A DNA stretch of 64,000 nt from Flectonema sp. DT1601 (GCA_964019425.1 OZ025796.1:310001-374000), one strand, 5' to 3'. Counted from the stretch's first letter, positions 43,111-56,010 are shown. Program-made: numbers and translations. The notes: generated from the letters alone by a model not told the origin.

Positions 43111-46100
43111 TTATGCCATGTCACCAAGCATTCCGAGTGATTTAGCCGCCTGTGTTTAATGTTTTTTATGATATTTCAAATCAAAAGAACAATTAAAAAT
43201 TAAAATTAAAAAAAAATTCAAACCTTTGTTCTAACTTGTGGATCAGGATCCTTTCTCATGAGTGTGATGAGACCACCAGTTGAAGATTCAAGATTAGACC
43301 TCGCCTGTTGTTTAGAATATGTTATCGTTAATTACTATTTTAGTAAACAAAAAAAAGGGGAAAAAATAACAACAAACCTGATCAGAGTCCGACAAATGTC
43401 GTAGCAGGGTTCCGTTTAACAGCGCAGCTGCAGCTCTGCAAGAAGGCCACGGTGATTGAAAGTAACCCATCGCTGACACAAGTAAATCGTTAACACGATG
43501 AGCGTAGAATCTGACGTATATTTTTGACCATTCGTTAGCAAACTCATCGAAATTAGTTTGTTTTAAAGGTTGCATGTGTTCTTTGTTAAACAGACGCTGA
43601 AGGTAGTCCGAAGCCTTTTTAGCAGGTGGGTTATGACAGAGATACGCAACAACTTCATGAAGTGCTGTCTTACAAGTGTTTCTAACCATAACTTCTTCAT
43701 CGTTAACGTGAACAAGAAGACCAGGGAGATGTCCTAAAATATTTGCTTCCATGACTTGGTAGTCAATAGTTCCCTGGACTGATAACTTAGTCATGACACC
43801 GAAGAGTGAACAACCAGCTGCTCTGATTCTCAGATCAACAGAATCTAATGCAGATTTTGTTCGTAGACACACATTCACAATAACAGCTGATAACTCCTGT
43901 TTACAAACAACTCTTTGGATTAAAGTCTCAAGTGTTCCCATCGCTGCTAAGGCGACATCAAGGTGTGGATCTCCACAACACGCAACCAAACTACCAATCA
44001 CTGGAGCAATAAATAATTTAATTGCATCGTAACTGTGAACTGGGATATGAGTAAACCCCTGAGTCGCTTGTAATTTAATTACCAACTTCTCATCAATTCC
44101 GGCCCTTGAAAGCATCGAATTAATAATTCCCTGAAGGAGTTGTTGATCTTCTTGGCAGTGGTACAGCAACTGTCCCATTACACACATGGCACATCGTCGA
44201 TGACTGTCGTAGACTTTTTGAACATACGCCACAATAAAATCAAATATCTCATTAACTAGTGGACATGAAGTAGTTGGAGGTAATACAGTTACAGGTTCCT
44301 GACCGAGTAGGATTGCTGTGTCAAGATTTCCATTTGGATGTATTGCGTGTAAGATTGCCACCAATAACGTAGCCGTGGCGTATGGGTAAGTAACCGTGTC
44401 ATGAAATAGTTTCCAGTAGTCTTCAACAAACCGATCTGTTACCAAGTCTTTTTGATAAGTAACTTGTGTAAATATCTCCAACGCCGTAGTAACTAACTCT
44501 GGTGAAGGTACAGTCGGAGCACCAAATCCTCTATTTTTCTGCTCTTCCGTAACTTGAACCTTTGGAGCTTCATGCGTTGCGGCCAACAACAGTAACAGAG
44601 AACACAACAATGGAGCCTGAAGTATCTTGGCAACTTCCGCACCCTTGGCTGTTTGAAATATTTCACCTAATGACCAAGCAGATGCTATCACTGGGGCGCA
44701 TAAAGACATGTTGACGCTACCAGACTTGTAGTCTTCGAATAGCTGAGCGTTTAGAAGAACATCAAGGCAATGATTTGTTATTAATCTAGACAGCCCAGTG
44801 TCACTACTAATTGTTTGAATGACTGCTGTGATGTTCTTCTCGTGAGGAACTGGATAAACAAGTAATTCGTTGAAGAGAAGTGAAGGTCTCATTTTAGCCA
44901 ACGCTCTAATAGCGAGTAGGGTACCTCTGTAGGTATCTTCACGATTTTCCATTTGTGAAATTATTGAAAGCGCTGCAATCATTTTGTGGAGGAACAATTT
45001 ACATTCAGAGTCGGTAAGTGATGGTTCTCCTTCTTTTGGAATGCCACCTAAATTAGTAAACAGTCCTTTCAGAATAGCGCAGACTGCAACAGATGCTTCC
45101 TCGACAGGATCAACGAGACCTCGTACAACGAGCATTTCTACTAAATTAGGAAATTCTTTACTCTGTGCTAATAAAGCAGATAGAGCTGTGGTTACATCTT
45201 TCATTACAACAACTACTTGACTGGAGTCTTCGTCCCAGTTTAGCTTTCCAGATAAAGATTTAATAACTTCTAAAGCCTTCTTTGAGTTCTTATCTTGTCC
45301 GCTGGTCATCATGTGAAGTTTAACACAAAATGAGAGACCTTCAAGAGCATCAGATCGTGTTTTTGAAACGGTGTCAGCAAGTCTTGGAACCAGTCTTCCG
45401 ATGATTGATCCAATGGAAAGCTCTTTAACGTCATCCTCAGGAGGTGGTTCTTCTCCCGCTTTGGAATCTTTTTTCTTCGCAGCCGTAGCTTCTTTCTTTG
45501 TTGGTTTAGCAGCTGTGGATGTGACGACAATTGGTAACTGTGGCTGTGATCCACCACCCAACTCAACAGGACCCTTAGTGCACGGAACTAAAGTAATTCC
45601 CCTGTGATCACATTGTTTTCCAAAGTGTTTTAATAAAACGATGTAGGCTCTGCATGAACGTTCCCTTTGACAAGCAACAACACTATTTAAAAAAGTAGAA
45701 AAGTGATTACCTTGTGATATTAAAGAAGTAATGATATCTTTACTCGACTCTAAGATAGCACATCCCAGTAGTCCAAGTTGCTTCTGAACTGGTTGGTTGA
45801 GTAGTTCTTCGTCAACCCATTCTTTACAGATTCCAGCTGAAAGTGATTGTTCGAGTGCTTTTAAAACTGACTCATCACACTGTGGATCGATGTAGGTAGT
45901 TGGGATGAGTGCAGCGTATCCCGTTACTAATAATTGATATGATGTTTTATCAATCATCGTAGAGTGAATTGGTTCTGTAAGCATTTGACCCATTACTGCC
46001 ATCATAACATTCGTTTTTGAAGTAAAGGTAAACCCGCCTCCCTTTCGTAGTGAGGATCCAAGCATCTGTTGACAGGTCATGGAGGCTAACTTCACGATTG

Positions 46101-48573
46101 GGTTCTTAGCAAGCCCAACAACTTCTAAAAATGTTGGTACAACATGAGTCTCAAATCTAGAAGTAAACAGCGCAAAGGGACTCTTTCTACTAACGTGACC
46201 GTAAGCTAGAAGTGCTGTCGCTCGGGATAGTTCTCCAAAGTCACGGTCAGGACCAACTTCAACTTTCTTTGAAAAGAAACCGCCGCTACTCTGTTTTGGA
46301 GGTTTGGCTATCTTACCAACTTTATCTAAAACAACATCTGTGTGAGTAGCTGAAATAGAACCCATCGACTTAGCACATCCATTCCTTTGAGCTTCATTAG
46401 TATGATCTGTTACTTCAGCTAAGAGATTAAGACTGTCAGTCACGAATGTCTTCAAGTTAGCTCTTGACAAGACCAATCCAAACATTGATAAAGCGACTCT
46501 CTTAAAATCATGTCTTTCATTTACAAAGGTCGCTGGAACTGTACTTGGAGTCCATAACGGTAATTGATTTCCTAAATGGGTCACGAGTGCCTGTACCCAG
46601 GATTCTTCTTTTCTAGCTGCAGCACTCTTTTTTAATAAATTGTGACAAGCATCTTCATAATCTTCTTGTTTAAACTCATCTGAAATTAGGTAGGCGCGAA
46701 TTTCAGGAAGAGTGCCAAGCCATAAAGATCCGAGAGGTGTTGTCCCGTCATTTCCCTTTTTCATGGGTTCGTCAAGGAGAGGAGCAATAGCTTCCATTGC
46801 TCTCACGATTGTTATAGTCGCGTCAATTCCCAAGTGCTGTGGCTGAGACATCATTACAACAAACGTAGCTATTAACGCTTCCGGTTTCGGAACGTTCACA
46901 CACCTATCAAAATCAAAATAAAAATCATGTGAATTTCCTAACCTCTTACACACATGGCATATGGTACTGGCAATAACTGGGAACGCGTAGACCAGCTCAG
47001 ATTTATTTGCTATCATTCCCACGATTTCAAGAATATAAGGCCAGAAAACTGTGTCTAAATTTGGTTGTGTTGTATTGAATAACGACATCACAGACTGTGA
47101 TAGCTCACGTAGTTCATTTGGAGATGGTTGTCCCAGATCAATGAGTTTTTTGTTTTTTAAAGACCATTCATGGGCGACATGTGGTGGAGTTGCTGCGTGA
47201 GTGATCAGGTACTCAAGTAGAGTCTCAGCACCCTCACAAGCCAAGTAATTATTCTTTGAAGCCGTACCCATCGCCATAACAGTTTGCACAACTACTTTCT
47301 TCATCCGGTAGTCAGCATCATCCAAGCAAGTTCTGACTATTGCGATAACGTTGTTTTTTAAAGGCTCTAAATGATCATCTAAATGTTGCCGTTGTACTAA
47401 ATGTCTTATAATACCGAGAGCTGCACATCTTGTTAGCACATCTTTGCTTCCAAATTTAACATCCAGAACACCTTGAATAAATGTGAGTACTGAATTACAA
47501 GCTCCTGCTGACATCGCTTCTATTGATAGCATTAGTTCTTGGTGGTTCTTCATGTATTCTGTTTGATCACCTGGTGACTGTCCGTAGTAGGTAACAACGT
47601 GTTGAAAGATCGATTGCCACACAACTTCTAAATTTGGTTGAAATGAGTCTGGAATCTTGTCCATGCAAGCCGTTATAAAAAAAGTCATTCCCTTTATTGG
47701 TAAGAGTAAGTCGCGAGGTTTTTCTTTTTTAGCAGCAGCTGTGAGTAGTTTTACGAGTTGAGGGAGACGTTCTTCAAGACGCTCTTTGTCTACGACAACA
47801 GAGAGCTTTCCCATAGCCATCGCAACTGCTGTACGAACTTTTAATTCTCTCGTGCTGGACCAATCGTTTACTAATAATGATAACGACGTGTACATCGAGT
47901 CGTTGTAATCCTCAAGTTTGTACTTTCCGGCTTCTTTTGATCTCGGGCTCAACTCCGGGAGATTGCTCAGCTGGGAAACCGCCTCAGCAAACGAGGCCAG
48001 TGCATCTGCCATCATAAACCTAACATTGTCTTGTTTAGCCATACCTAAAATAGGTAACACCTTGGCCATACAATCTTTCATGTGAGCAATGAATCGAATT
48101 GGACGTTGGGCAGCAGCTTGCGACAACGACTTCATTATAAAATAATGAGGCAACGAAGTACCAGGAATCTGATTGATGACGTACGGAATACACACTCCGG
48201 GACTAATACACATCAAGTCAACAACTAATTGGCAAGCAGTATTTTGCCAAGGGGCGTTTATGTCCATTGCAGCTGTCATTTCAGTAACGCCGCATGCGAC
48301 GAGGGAAGTCATTAACTTGTCTCCGATTTCTTCATCGTATTCTAAACACACTTTTCTTAAGGATCTTATAAGAGTTATTCTTTGATGGGTTGGACCACCT
48401 TTATTATTAACTAGAAACTTACACGTGACGTCGAGAACCGAACCGAAGTTCTTCTGTGCCAACGACAGCAACGATGACGTAATGTGATCCCGAACGTCTT
48501 CATTTCCATCCTTCGCACACTCAACAAGTGCAAGTACACCCCTGTCGAATACCGTTTCGTATGTACTAGACAT
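43111..48573 (-). CDS. MROH1: Maestro heat-like repeat protein (MROH1/HEATR7A-like); exons 48573-43378, 43304-43224, 43149-43111
   Basis: ~1790-aa HEAT-repeat protein with LPHYFIMKSL, CMAKVLPILG, LGMAKQDNVR and GYFQSPW. An acceptor (TACTAATTCCGCAG) precedes ATG 48573. Introns 43305-43377 and 43150-43223 give the HEAT tail ...DPDPQVRTKAAKSLGMLGDMA*. Confidence 0.85.
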
Positions 48574-48983
48574 TGTGGGAGTGATATTCCCTGCGGAATT
48601 AGTAAATAAATGATCTGTCAGTGTTGTATTCACAAAAACAAACAAGAAGAATTATTAAAAAGAAATAGGTTTGCTAGAAGGCCAGACATTTCCTTTCGAA
48701 AATATTTTCGCCGAGCGCGGGTTACGTTAAGGAGTATTACAATACAACGTTCCAAAGAACCAGAATCGTCGCTACGAATATTTCATTCGCTCTATTTGAT
48801 GACTGTTTTAATAGAACGCCTGTGGGTGGAAAAATGTAAAGTTGTAAATCAGAAGATTAGAAGATTATTAGACACTACTTCTGTCAGTTGCAAAAAACAT
48901 TACATCTAACGCAGAAAACATAACTCATTTATTAAAGAGTTCATCGATGACCGAGTGATGTGCCCATTAGGTTCTTTTCCGCC

Positions 48984-50570
48984 TCAAGTTGACGATCCAG
49001 GTTGCTGTAACTTTTGTAACTCGGCCATCTTTTTCATTAATTCCTCCATCTCTGCACGTTGTGCTTGCATAGCTGCTTCCTTCTTTTGGACTTCCTCCTG
49101 TGCTAATCTAGTTTCCTCTTTCGCATCCTCGATTTCCTGTTGTGAAATTTCATACTTACGCTTCTTTTCGAGGTATTCCTTCCTTTTGGATTTGAAAGTA
49201 GTTAGCATTGACTCCGCTTCCTCAATGCAACAATCAAGAAATTCATCCGTTGGCACATTTGACGGAACTTCGCAACCCCAGAGTCCCCATTTCCCCATCG
49301 TCGGTGCGGTTTCCCACTTCTTAACAGCTTCAACTTCTTTGGGGTAGAATGTTAGAAACTCTGTGAAAGTGTATGCTCCTCCGTCCGATTCGTCAACTTT
49401 TTTCGTATCTCCCGCTGTGTTCATTATTTCCTTTTTCTTTTCCGCTGCAGCGAGCTTGTTTTTTAATTCAAGTAGCTGTGCTTCTTTACCCTGAAGTGTC
49501 GGTTTTTTTTCTTTTTGAAACTTCGGGTTCACCCACTCCTGTACTGCGACGTTGCCTTGTACTGTAGTTCGCACGTTTGCGTCTCCTCGATTGTTGTCGT
49601 TACCAGCGAATCCTCCACCCTTTCCTTTTCCTCCTTTTCGTGCTCGGTCAGCAAGTTCCGTGGGAAGTCCAGTGTATGCATCATCCAATGATGCACCCGT
49701 TTTAGTCGCTGCGTCTATACTTGTTTGGCAAGATGCACACACTGGAATACTAACACTGCTTAGAGAATGACAATTTGGACACACCCACATTTCGGATTTG
49801 TTCGACTCTGCAGCCTGTATTATTTAAGATATTTACAACCTCTCGCGAATACCATAATCGCGGGGTGGTATAACTAACTCGATAACACTCTACTTTAAAT
49901 ATTTCGAAACATACCCTAGAACCAGTTGGCACCCTGGAGGCTGCGACTGCGGGAGGGGCAGCAAGGGGGGCACCTCTACCAACAGCAAGAGGCGCGGGTT
50001 GTTGTTGTTCTTGAGGAACGAGATGCGGGAGAGGAGCGCCCCTACCAACAGTTGGTGGAGTGTGCTGCAGAGGAAACGGCGGCTGCTGTTGCGGTTGCTG
50101 TTCGGGCAAACCCACAAACTGCGGTTGCTGTTTTTGCTCTTGTTCCTGCTGCTGCTGCGGTGGCTGTTGCTGTCCCACCAATTGCTGTTGCTGTTTTTGC
50201 TCTTGTTCTTGCTGATTATGCTGTTGCTGCTGAAATAATTGATGTTGCTGCACTAACTGTAACCTCAATTGGCTTTCTTTGGATTGACTAATTTCCTGTA
50301 ACTCTGGCATTGCCATTTGTGCCGGCGGTTGTCCCCTTCCAGCAGCTGCGGGTGGTGGTTGCCGTGGCTGACCTCTCCCTCCAACCTTCGGAGCTGTCCC
50401 CCTTCCCCTACCAGCTGTCACCTGAGGTGATGAGCTGACCAATTCTTCCTGTTTTTTGCTTAAACTTAGTTATTTCACAATGTCATACACAAATATGGAA
50501 AACAGCATGGCAGACAATAATTGCACAGGTTTACCTGAAAGTATAAGATTCATACCTGAGAAAGGTCCAT
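48984..50570 (-). CDS. GRG/Q/P-rich protein with RanBP2-type zinc finger and C-terminal coiled coil; exons 50570-50556, 50448-49915, 49814-48984
   Basis: Intron 49815-49914 (GTATGT...ATACAG) joins the two overlapping track ORFs in frame (GSR|AAESNKSEMWVC). Intron 50449-50555 (GTATGA...AACAG) supplies MDLSQ, which is less certain. ZnF: WVCPNC..x10..CASC. Confidence 0.75.
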
Positions 50571-50880
50571 TTATGTATCTAACCAATCGTGTTTTTCGTG
50601 TGGAATACTGACAGGAATAAATAATTTATCAAACCGTTAAAGTGCCTCGCTTTTCAAAAAATATAGTAGGGGAATGTCATAAGGGAAAATATGTGACAGA
50701 AAAAGTTGTGTTGCTTACTTTTCTTAGCTGGAAAATACAATAGAGCCTTTGATCTTGTTCGGTAATTCCTGAGGGGTGAAGAATAATGGGGTTAAAAAAT
50801 CACTTGCGGCTTGGCACTGCTGGTCGGAAATCAGAAAATCCCTTTACTAACACACAAAACGTTTTGCTTTTTCGCAGTCT

Positions 50881-51700
50881 TTATATTATGCCAGCAATCT
50901 TCCTCGCAATGCGTGATGAACAGGAGAGCATGTGCGGATAGAAACATAGTTTGCGACGAGTAGCGTAGAGAACCATACTACGATGCCAACTATTACGTAA
51001 AAAATAGCGGAAAGTCGCTCTGTCGGTAACCAGTGATTTTAATTCTTGCTTTGAGAGCGACTTTTCCACCCAATCAGGTGACATTTGGAATTTTGCTTCC
51101 GGAGTCAAAACGAAATGAATTCCCAAGAAAATGAAATCAGAAGATGGTTTTCCATATTGGGGTTCCGAGTTCAATGTAACACTGGCCTGACCGCATCTAG
51201 ACTATTCAACGACGCAGCTTCAACTTCTGAACCTGCGAATAGAGCGAAATTATCTACCCAAGCAGTGCCTGGTAGATCTCCGATGAGAACAAGGGCTGAT
51301 CGTTGTGCGGTGCATGGGTCCAGGCAGAGTCCGTCCCATGCTCATAACGCTGAGGCTAAGTTTCGAAAGAGCCCCCGACGGAGCCAAGAAACATCGAAAA
51401 ATATGGACGAATCTCAGGATGCAACCGGAATTGATAGAAGTAACTAGTGGCATCGTGTAGGACAACATGTGTCGCTGATAAACTGAGCAGTAAGTATTTC
51501 TTTGGAACTGTGAATAGCGGTAAAACAACTACTGGCTTCCGGTGTTCTAACTTTGTAATGACGCCATACTTTAAAAGGTCAGGTACATGCCTTGCCATAT
51601 GTTTAGATATGTCTTTTCGCGGACACGACCATTTCGCCGGATACTCAGCTGATAACTGCCACGGAATCACCGTTTTTAGCCACTTCTAAAAATGCGAGGG
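50881..51700 (-). mobile_element. Degenerate reverse transcriptase of a tyrosine-recombinase (DIRS/VIPER/TATE-like) retrotransposon, frameshifted
   Basis: RT motifs in order across frames: DLLKYGVI, PLFTVPKK, HDATSYFYQFRLHPEIRPYF, VMSMG...PCTAQ, AWVDNF (catalytic motif C variant) and FIFLG. Confidence 0.7.
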
Positions 51701-51833
51701 CCGAATCTGGGGGAAACGAGCCGGTGAACCTTTTTCAGGCCTTCCCACCCAAGATTCTTTCTGCTAGGTACCAGCCAGAAGGTACATCGACTTCGCAAGA
51801 TGGAATGCGTTGTAAGGTGAGGGTCGACTGCTT

Positions 51834-53607
51834 TCAAACGGCGGTCACTCTTGCATACGTCGTCGTTGGAAACAAACAATCCCCATCGAGCGTCTTCGAG
51901 TGGAAGTCTTTCAGCGACGTCCAAGTCTTCATGTCCAAGGAGATTTCTTGTAAGGTGCCCATCTTGAAAGGATCCGTCATCACAACTGTCCAATCTAACT
52001 GGATTCGAGGGCTCAACGGCTGTTCGATAGGGCAGAAATTCGTGTCGCTAACATTGTTGCCGACAGCCAACACAGTGTAATAACCAGATTTAGCTCCCCC
52101 TTGGTCCGGTGTAGGCAATCTAGAAGCTGTCCTTTGGAAATGGGAAATGCCGCCTTTGAGTCCTTCTTGGCATCCGTGCGAAGCATCTCCGAATCGGCCG
52201 TTCGATCCAGAGCTGCCGCTGCATCGAACGAGTATTGAAGTGCTGTTGCCCAAGAGATTTCGTCTATTACTAATTTCTTCGTTAACCACAAAATCAGAAC
52301 CTCCGTGTTCGAGAAAGTTGTGCTGGTTCGGAGCAGCAAGTTTTCCTTGAATTGAAGAAAACGGCGCAACACCGATTTTATTTGCCCGAGTTTGTAACTG
52401 AAACTTGAGAGCTCTGTTTTGGTCTTTGGCCAAATAGAGTTGCTCAGAGAGTTCGCTGGCCATCTCCGTCAACAACATGGATTGATCCAGTTGTTCTTTA
52501 TGAACAGTCTTCTGTTGATAGCTCAACTCGGAGTATCGACGTTGCTCTTCCAACAGTTTTTCCGAGAGCAGCGCCACTTTCTCATTTGCCTGGAGAGAGT
52601 CACTTACCGCTTGACAATAGTTGTCCAGTAAATCCAGTCTACCTTCCGACCATAGCCTCACAATAGGTGATTCTTCCGTCGATGAGGTCGCCGCACTGTC
52701 TTTTCCTTGTTCCGTTTGAGCAGAAGACGATACCAGTAGTCTACTTTGAGACAGCTCAGGAGGGAGCGTGATCAATGGAGAATGAGGGATATAAAAAAAA
52801 AGGAAAGACGGGGTTTGGGTGTCCAGAGCAATGAGTTGTTGCGATAAGAGGGAGTCGTTAATTCATTACCGTGGACGTTGATTCAAATAAAAAAGGGAGT
52901 TGGGGAAAATTGTTGGGGAAAATGGGATAGTTGAGGGCCAGCACGCAAAGTTGCGACCTCTTGTTGAGACAAATAGAGCTGAATTTTTGTTCCAGTTTCA
53001 TCCCTACACTTAGATTCTAGTTCATTGTTTAAAAGAATGAACCTTTGTTGCAAGTTGTAATAAAACATTTCGGCATGGTCCGCTCTTTGTGTTTGGCGCG
53101 CCAGCTCGCTCGTCCTATTTTCCTCCAGAGAGTTAGTTCTTTGAACTAATGAGAGAAGAGAACTTTTCACTAAATCACATTCAGCGATCAGGTGTTGATT
53201 CTCTTTTTCCAAGAGTTCATGTTTTTCGTGTTCCGTTTCTACGTTATTAAAGGGGGTGGGCTGTGAGATACGTTCTCGGCGGCCTGTTGTTCTAAAAACT
53301 GATTATCCTCCTTAAGGGAGGTGGACAACGCGCTTAGTTGCGTTATTATTTCTTTCTGTTGTTCTATTTCGTTTTCTAAAAGTTTGCTTTTGTTAAGTAA
53401 AAAGCGTTGGTTTCTTTCATCCTGAACAAATAATTGATTTGTTTGCGTCTCAGTTTCAACTAAATTTCCTCTAAAAAGGGTAATAGGAGGACTTTGTGTT
53501 TCAGTTGTCTTGAGCTTTGTGGGGAAAGTTCCTTGAGTGAAGGACGAAAGAGAAGAAAAGGATAAGGAGAGTCCAGTGAGCTCATCCTCATCCTCATCAG
53601 CATTCAC
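51834..53607 (-). pseudogene. Broken coiled-coil ORF fragments (51834-52775, 52883-53212, 53239-53607), TE-associated or captured gene pieces
   Basis: Three consecutive co-oriented E/Q/L-rich ORFs between TE fragments, with no clear start context. Confidence 0.4.
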
Positions 53608-53960
53608 AAAATAAAGCTTTAGTCGGTGCTAAAGGTGAACCGATGTGACGTGTCCAGATGTTCAACTGGTCCATGCAGATGTTTCCTCGTACACCAACTT
53701 CGATAGTAAAGATGTTACAGTCGAAGCCATTAGCGATGATCGAGTCTCTTAGCTTTAAGTATTTCTTTTCTTTTAAGACATGGGAGGTTTCGAAACGATC
53801 TTCATTGGGACACGTTAGCTCCAGAATCAGTGCTCTTTTCGCAAAAAAAGAATAAATAAAAATGTCTGGTCTTTGAGAGGACGAGACATGGCACACTTCA
53901 AGAGGAACAATCAGGCGGTTATCACCGACATCGTCGAGGATGATCCAGTCATTCGCTAGT
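53600..53960 (-). mobile_element. Restriction-like endonuclease fragment of an RLE-type non-LTR retrotransposon
   Basis: QRPDIFIYS...LILELTCPNEDRFETSHVLKEKKYLKL...FTIEVGVRG matches the PD..(D/E)xT.P...KxxKY...EVGxRG pattern. No upstream RT. Confidence 0.8.
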
Positions 53961-54079
53961 GATAGTTCACTTGTCTCTTTCGAAATTCGTTCTAGGGGTT
54001 TCGTTTCCCCTGGCTTTACAAATGTTTGAGAGGAAGGAGGGAGGTTTTCTTTTCTTTTGTTGGCTTTTTTTATCAACTC

Positions 54080-54690
54080 GTCCAAGAAGATAACAATGGT
54101 AGCAGGTAATCAACTGCCACAGGTGGCAGAAACGCCCAGAAGCAGCTGGCAAAAACCAAATCTCTGTGTCGTTCAATGGAGAATGTCATCTCCGGATTTT
54201 TTTCTTTTAGGGCTTCGAAGTATGATTGGAGCTGCCTATACTCCGACCCTCGCTTTCCGTACACCTTCTCCCTCGCCGTCGCTAACCCCTTTTCCACAGC
54301 GCCTTTCTTCACCGGAATATCCCTGAAGCTCTTCAGTTCGACTGCAGCGGCTTTAGGCCCGTAGTCTGGAAAACTACGCACCTCTTCCTCCAGCACCGAT
54401 GCCACCCACTCCGCTACTCCATCACCTTCTCTGTTGCACATGCTAGGTGAACATGTGTGAGCTTTCACCTCCCTCACTTGAAGCTCACCTTCCTTGACTA
54501 CCGCCTTCACAACATACAAGCAGTCTTCTTCCTTCTTGCATATCAAGGTGGTTCGGTTGCGATCACTCCTTTTCACTTTGAAGGTGTGACCGTGCATTGT
54601 TGACCACTCAAATACTCTGGCCTTCAGTGCTAAGGCGTTAGCAAACACTTCACCCTCCGACACCTGCAGTTGCGAAACGTTGTTGTTCAT
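54080..54690 (-). mobile_element. Truncated MuDR/MULE transposase (DNA-binding domain to the first catalytic Asp)
   Basis: GEVFANALALKARVFEW...FKVKRSDRNRTTLICKKEEDC...AHTC (MuDR zinc-finger DBD); YRQLQSYFEALKEKNP; FASCFWAF; after a frameshift IVIFLD, then abrupt loss of similarity. Confidence 0.85.
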
Positions 54691-54832
54691 TTGAAACTTA
54701 AGGATTAATAACTAACGGGGGGTTAAAAAAAATAATGACACAACCAGGACTCGAACCAACGCAGCGGGAAAAAAAATTGAGCAAGAAAAAAAGTACCCGC
54801 AAAAGATTCGAACCCACAACCCCCCGAATGTC

Positions 54833-56010
54833 AACCAGCAGCTCTACACAAAGTTTCAAAAAGCTGGCAGTTCCACACACAAAATTTTAAAAAACCGGCA
54901 GCTCCATACAAAGTTTTGAAAAACTGGCAGTCACGCACAAAACTATAAAAAACCAGCAGCTCCACACAAAGTTTCAAAAACTGGCAGTTCCACGCACAAA
55001 ATTTGAAAAAACTGGTAGCTCCACACAAAGTTTTGAAAAACTGGCAGTTCCACACACAAAATTTGAAAAAACCGGTAACTCCACGCAAAGTTTTAAAAAA
55101 CCAGCAGCTCCATACAAAGTTTCAAAAAACTGGCAGTTCCACGTTCAAAATTTGAAAAAACCGGCAGCTCCACACAAAGTTTTGAAAAAAAACTGACAGC
55201 TCCACGCACAAAATTTTAAAAAACCAACAGCTCCATACAAAGTTTCAAAAAACTGGCAGTTCCACGTTCAAAATTTTAAAAAACCGGCAGCTCCACACAA
55301 AGTTTTGAAAAAAAACTGACAGCTCCACGCACAAAATTTCAAAAAACCAGCAGCTCCACACACAAAATTTGAAAAGTTTTAAAAAACCAGCAGCTCCATA
55401 CAAAGTTTCAAAAAACTGGCAGTTCCACGCACAAAATTTTAAAAAACCGGTAGCTCCACACAAAGTTTTGAAAAACTGGCAGCTCCACGCACAAAGTTTC
55501 AAAAAACTGGCAGTTCCACACACAAAATTTGAAAAAACCGGTAACTCTACGCAAATTTTTAAACAACCAGCAGCTCCATACAAAGTTTTGAAAAACTGGC
55601 AGCTCCACGCACAAAGTTTCAAAAAACTGGCAGTTCCACGTTCAAAATTTGAAAAAACCGGCAGCTCCACACAAAGTTTTGAAAAAAAACTGACAGCTCC
55701 ACACACAAATTTTTAAAAAACCAGCAGCTCCATACAAAGTTTCAAAAAACTGACAGCTCCACGCACAAAATTTTAAAAAACCTGCGGCTCCACACAAAGT
55801 TTTGAAAAACTGGCAGCTCCACACAAAATTTTGAAAAACTGGCTCCACACACAAAGTTTAAAAAAACCTGCGAAAACTGGCAGCTCCACACAAAGTTTTG
55901 AAAAAAAACTGACAGCTCCACGCACAAAATTTAAAAGACCAGCAGCTCCATACAAAGTTTCAAAAAACTGGCAGTTCCACGTTCAAAATTTGAAAAAACC
56001 GGCAGCTCCA
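54833..56010. repeat. Satellite A, array 1: ~30-bp units (aaaaaactggcagttccacgcacaaaatttt / aaaaaaccggcagctccacacaaagtttt), mostly alternating
   Basis: Directly visible imperfect tandem repeat. Confidence 0.97.

Noticed and set aside
48574..48645. N-terminal extension of MROH1 in the ORF track
   Set aside because: It starts at a non-ATG codon upstream of a good splice acceptor (48591-48592); ATG 48573 is more plausible.
53239..53271. 33-nt GT...AG mini-intron joining the coiled-coil fragments
   Set aside because: Removing it does not restore the frame of the next ORF, and it does not fit the host intron pattern.
54735..54830. Functional tRNA genes
   Set aside because: Only T-arm/B-box-like halves are present, without D-arm, anticodon arm or acceptor stem.
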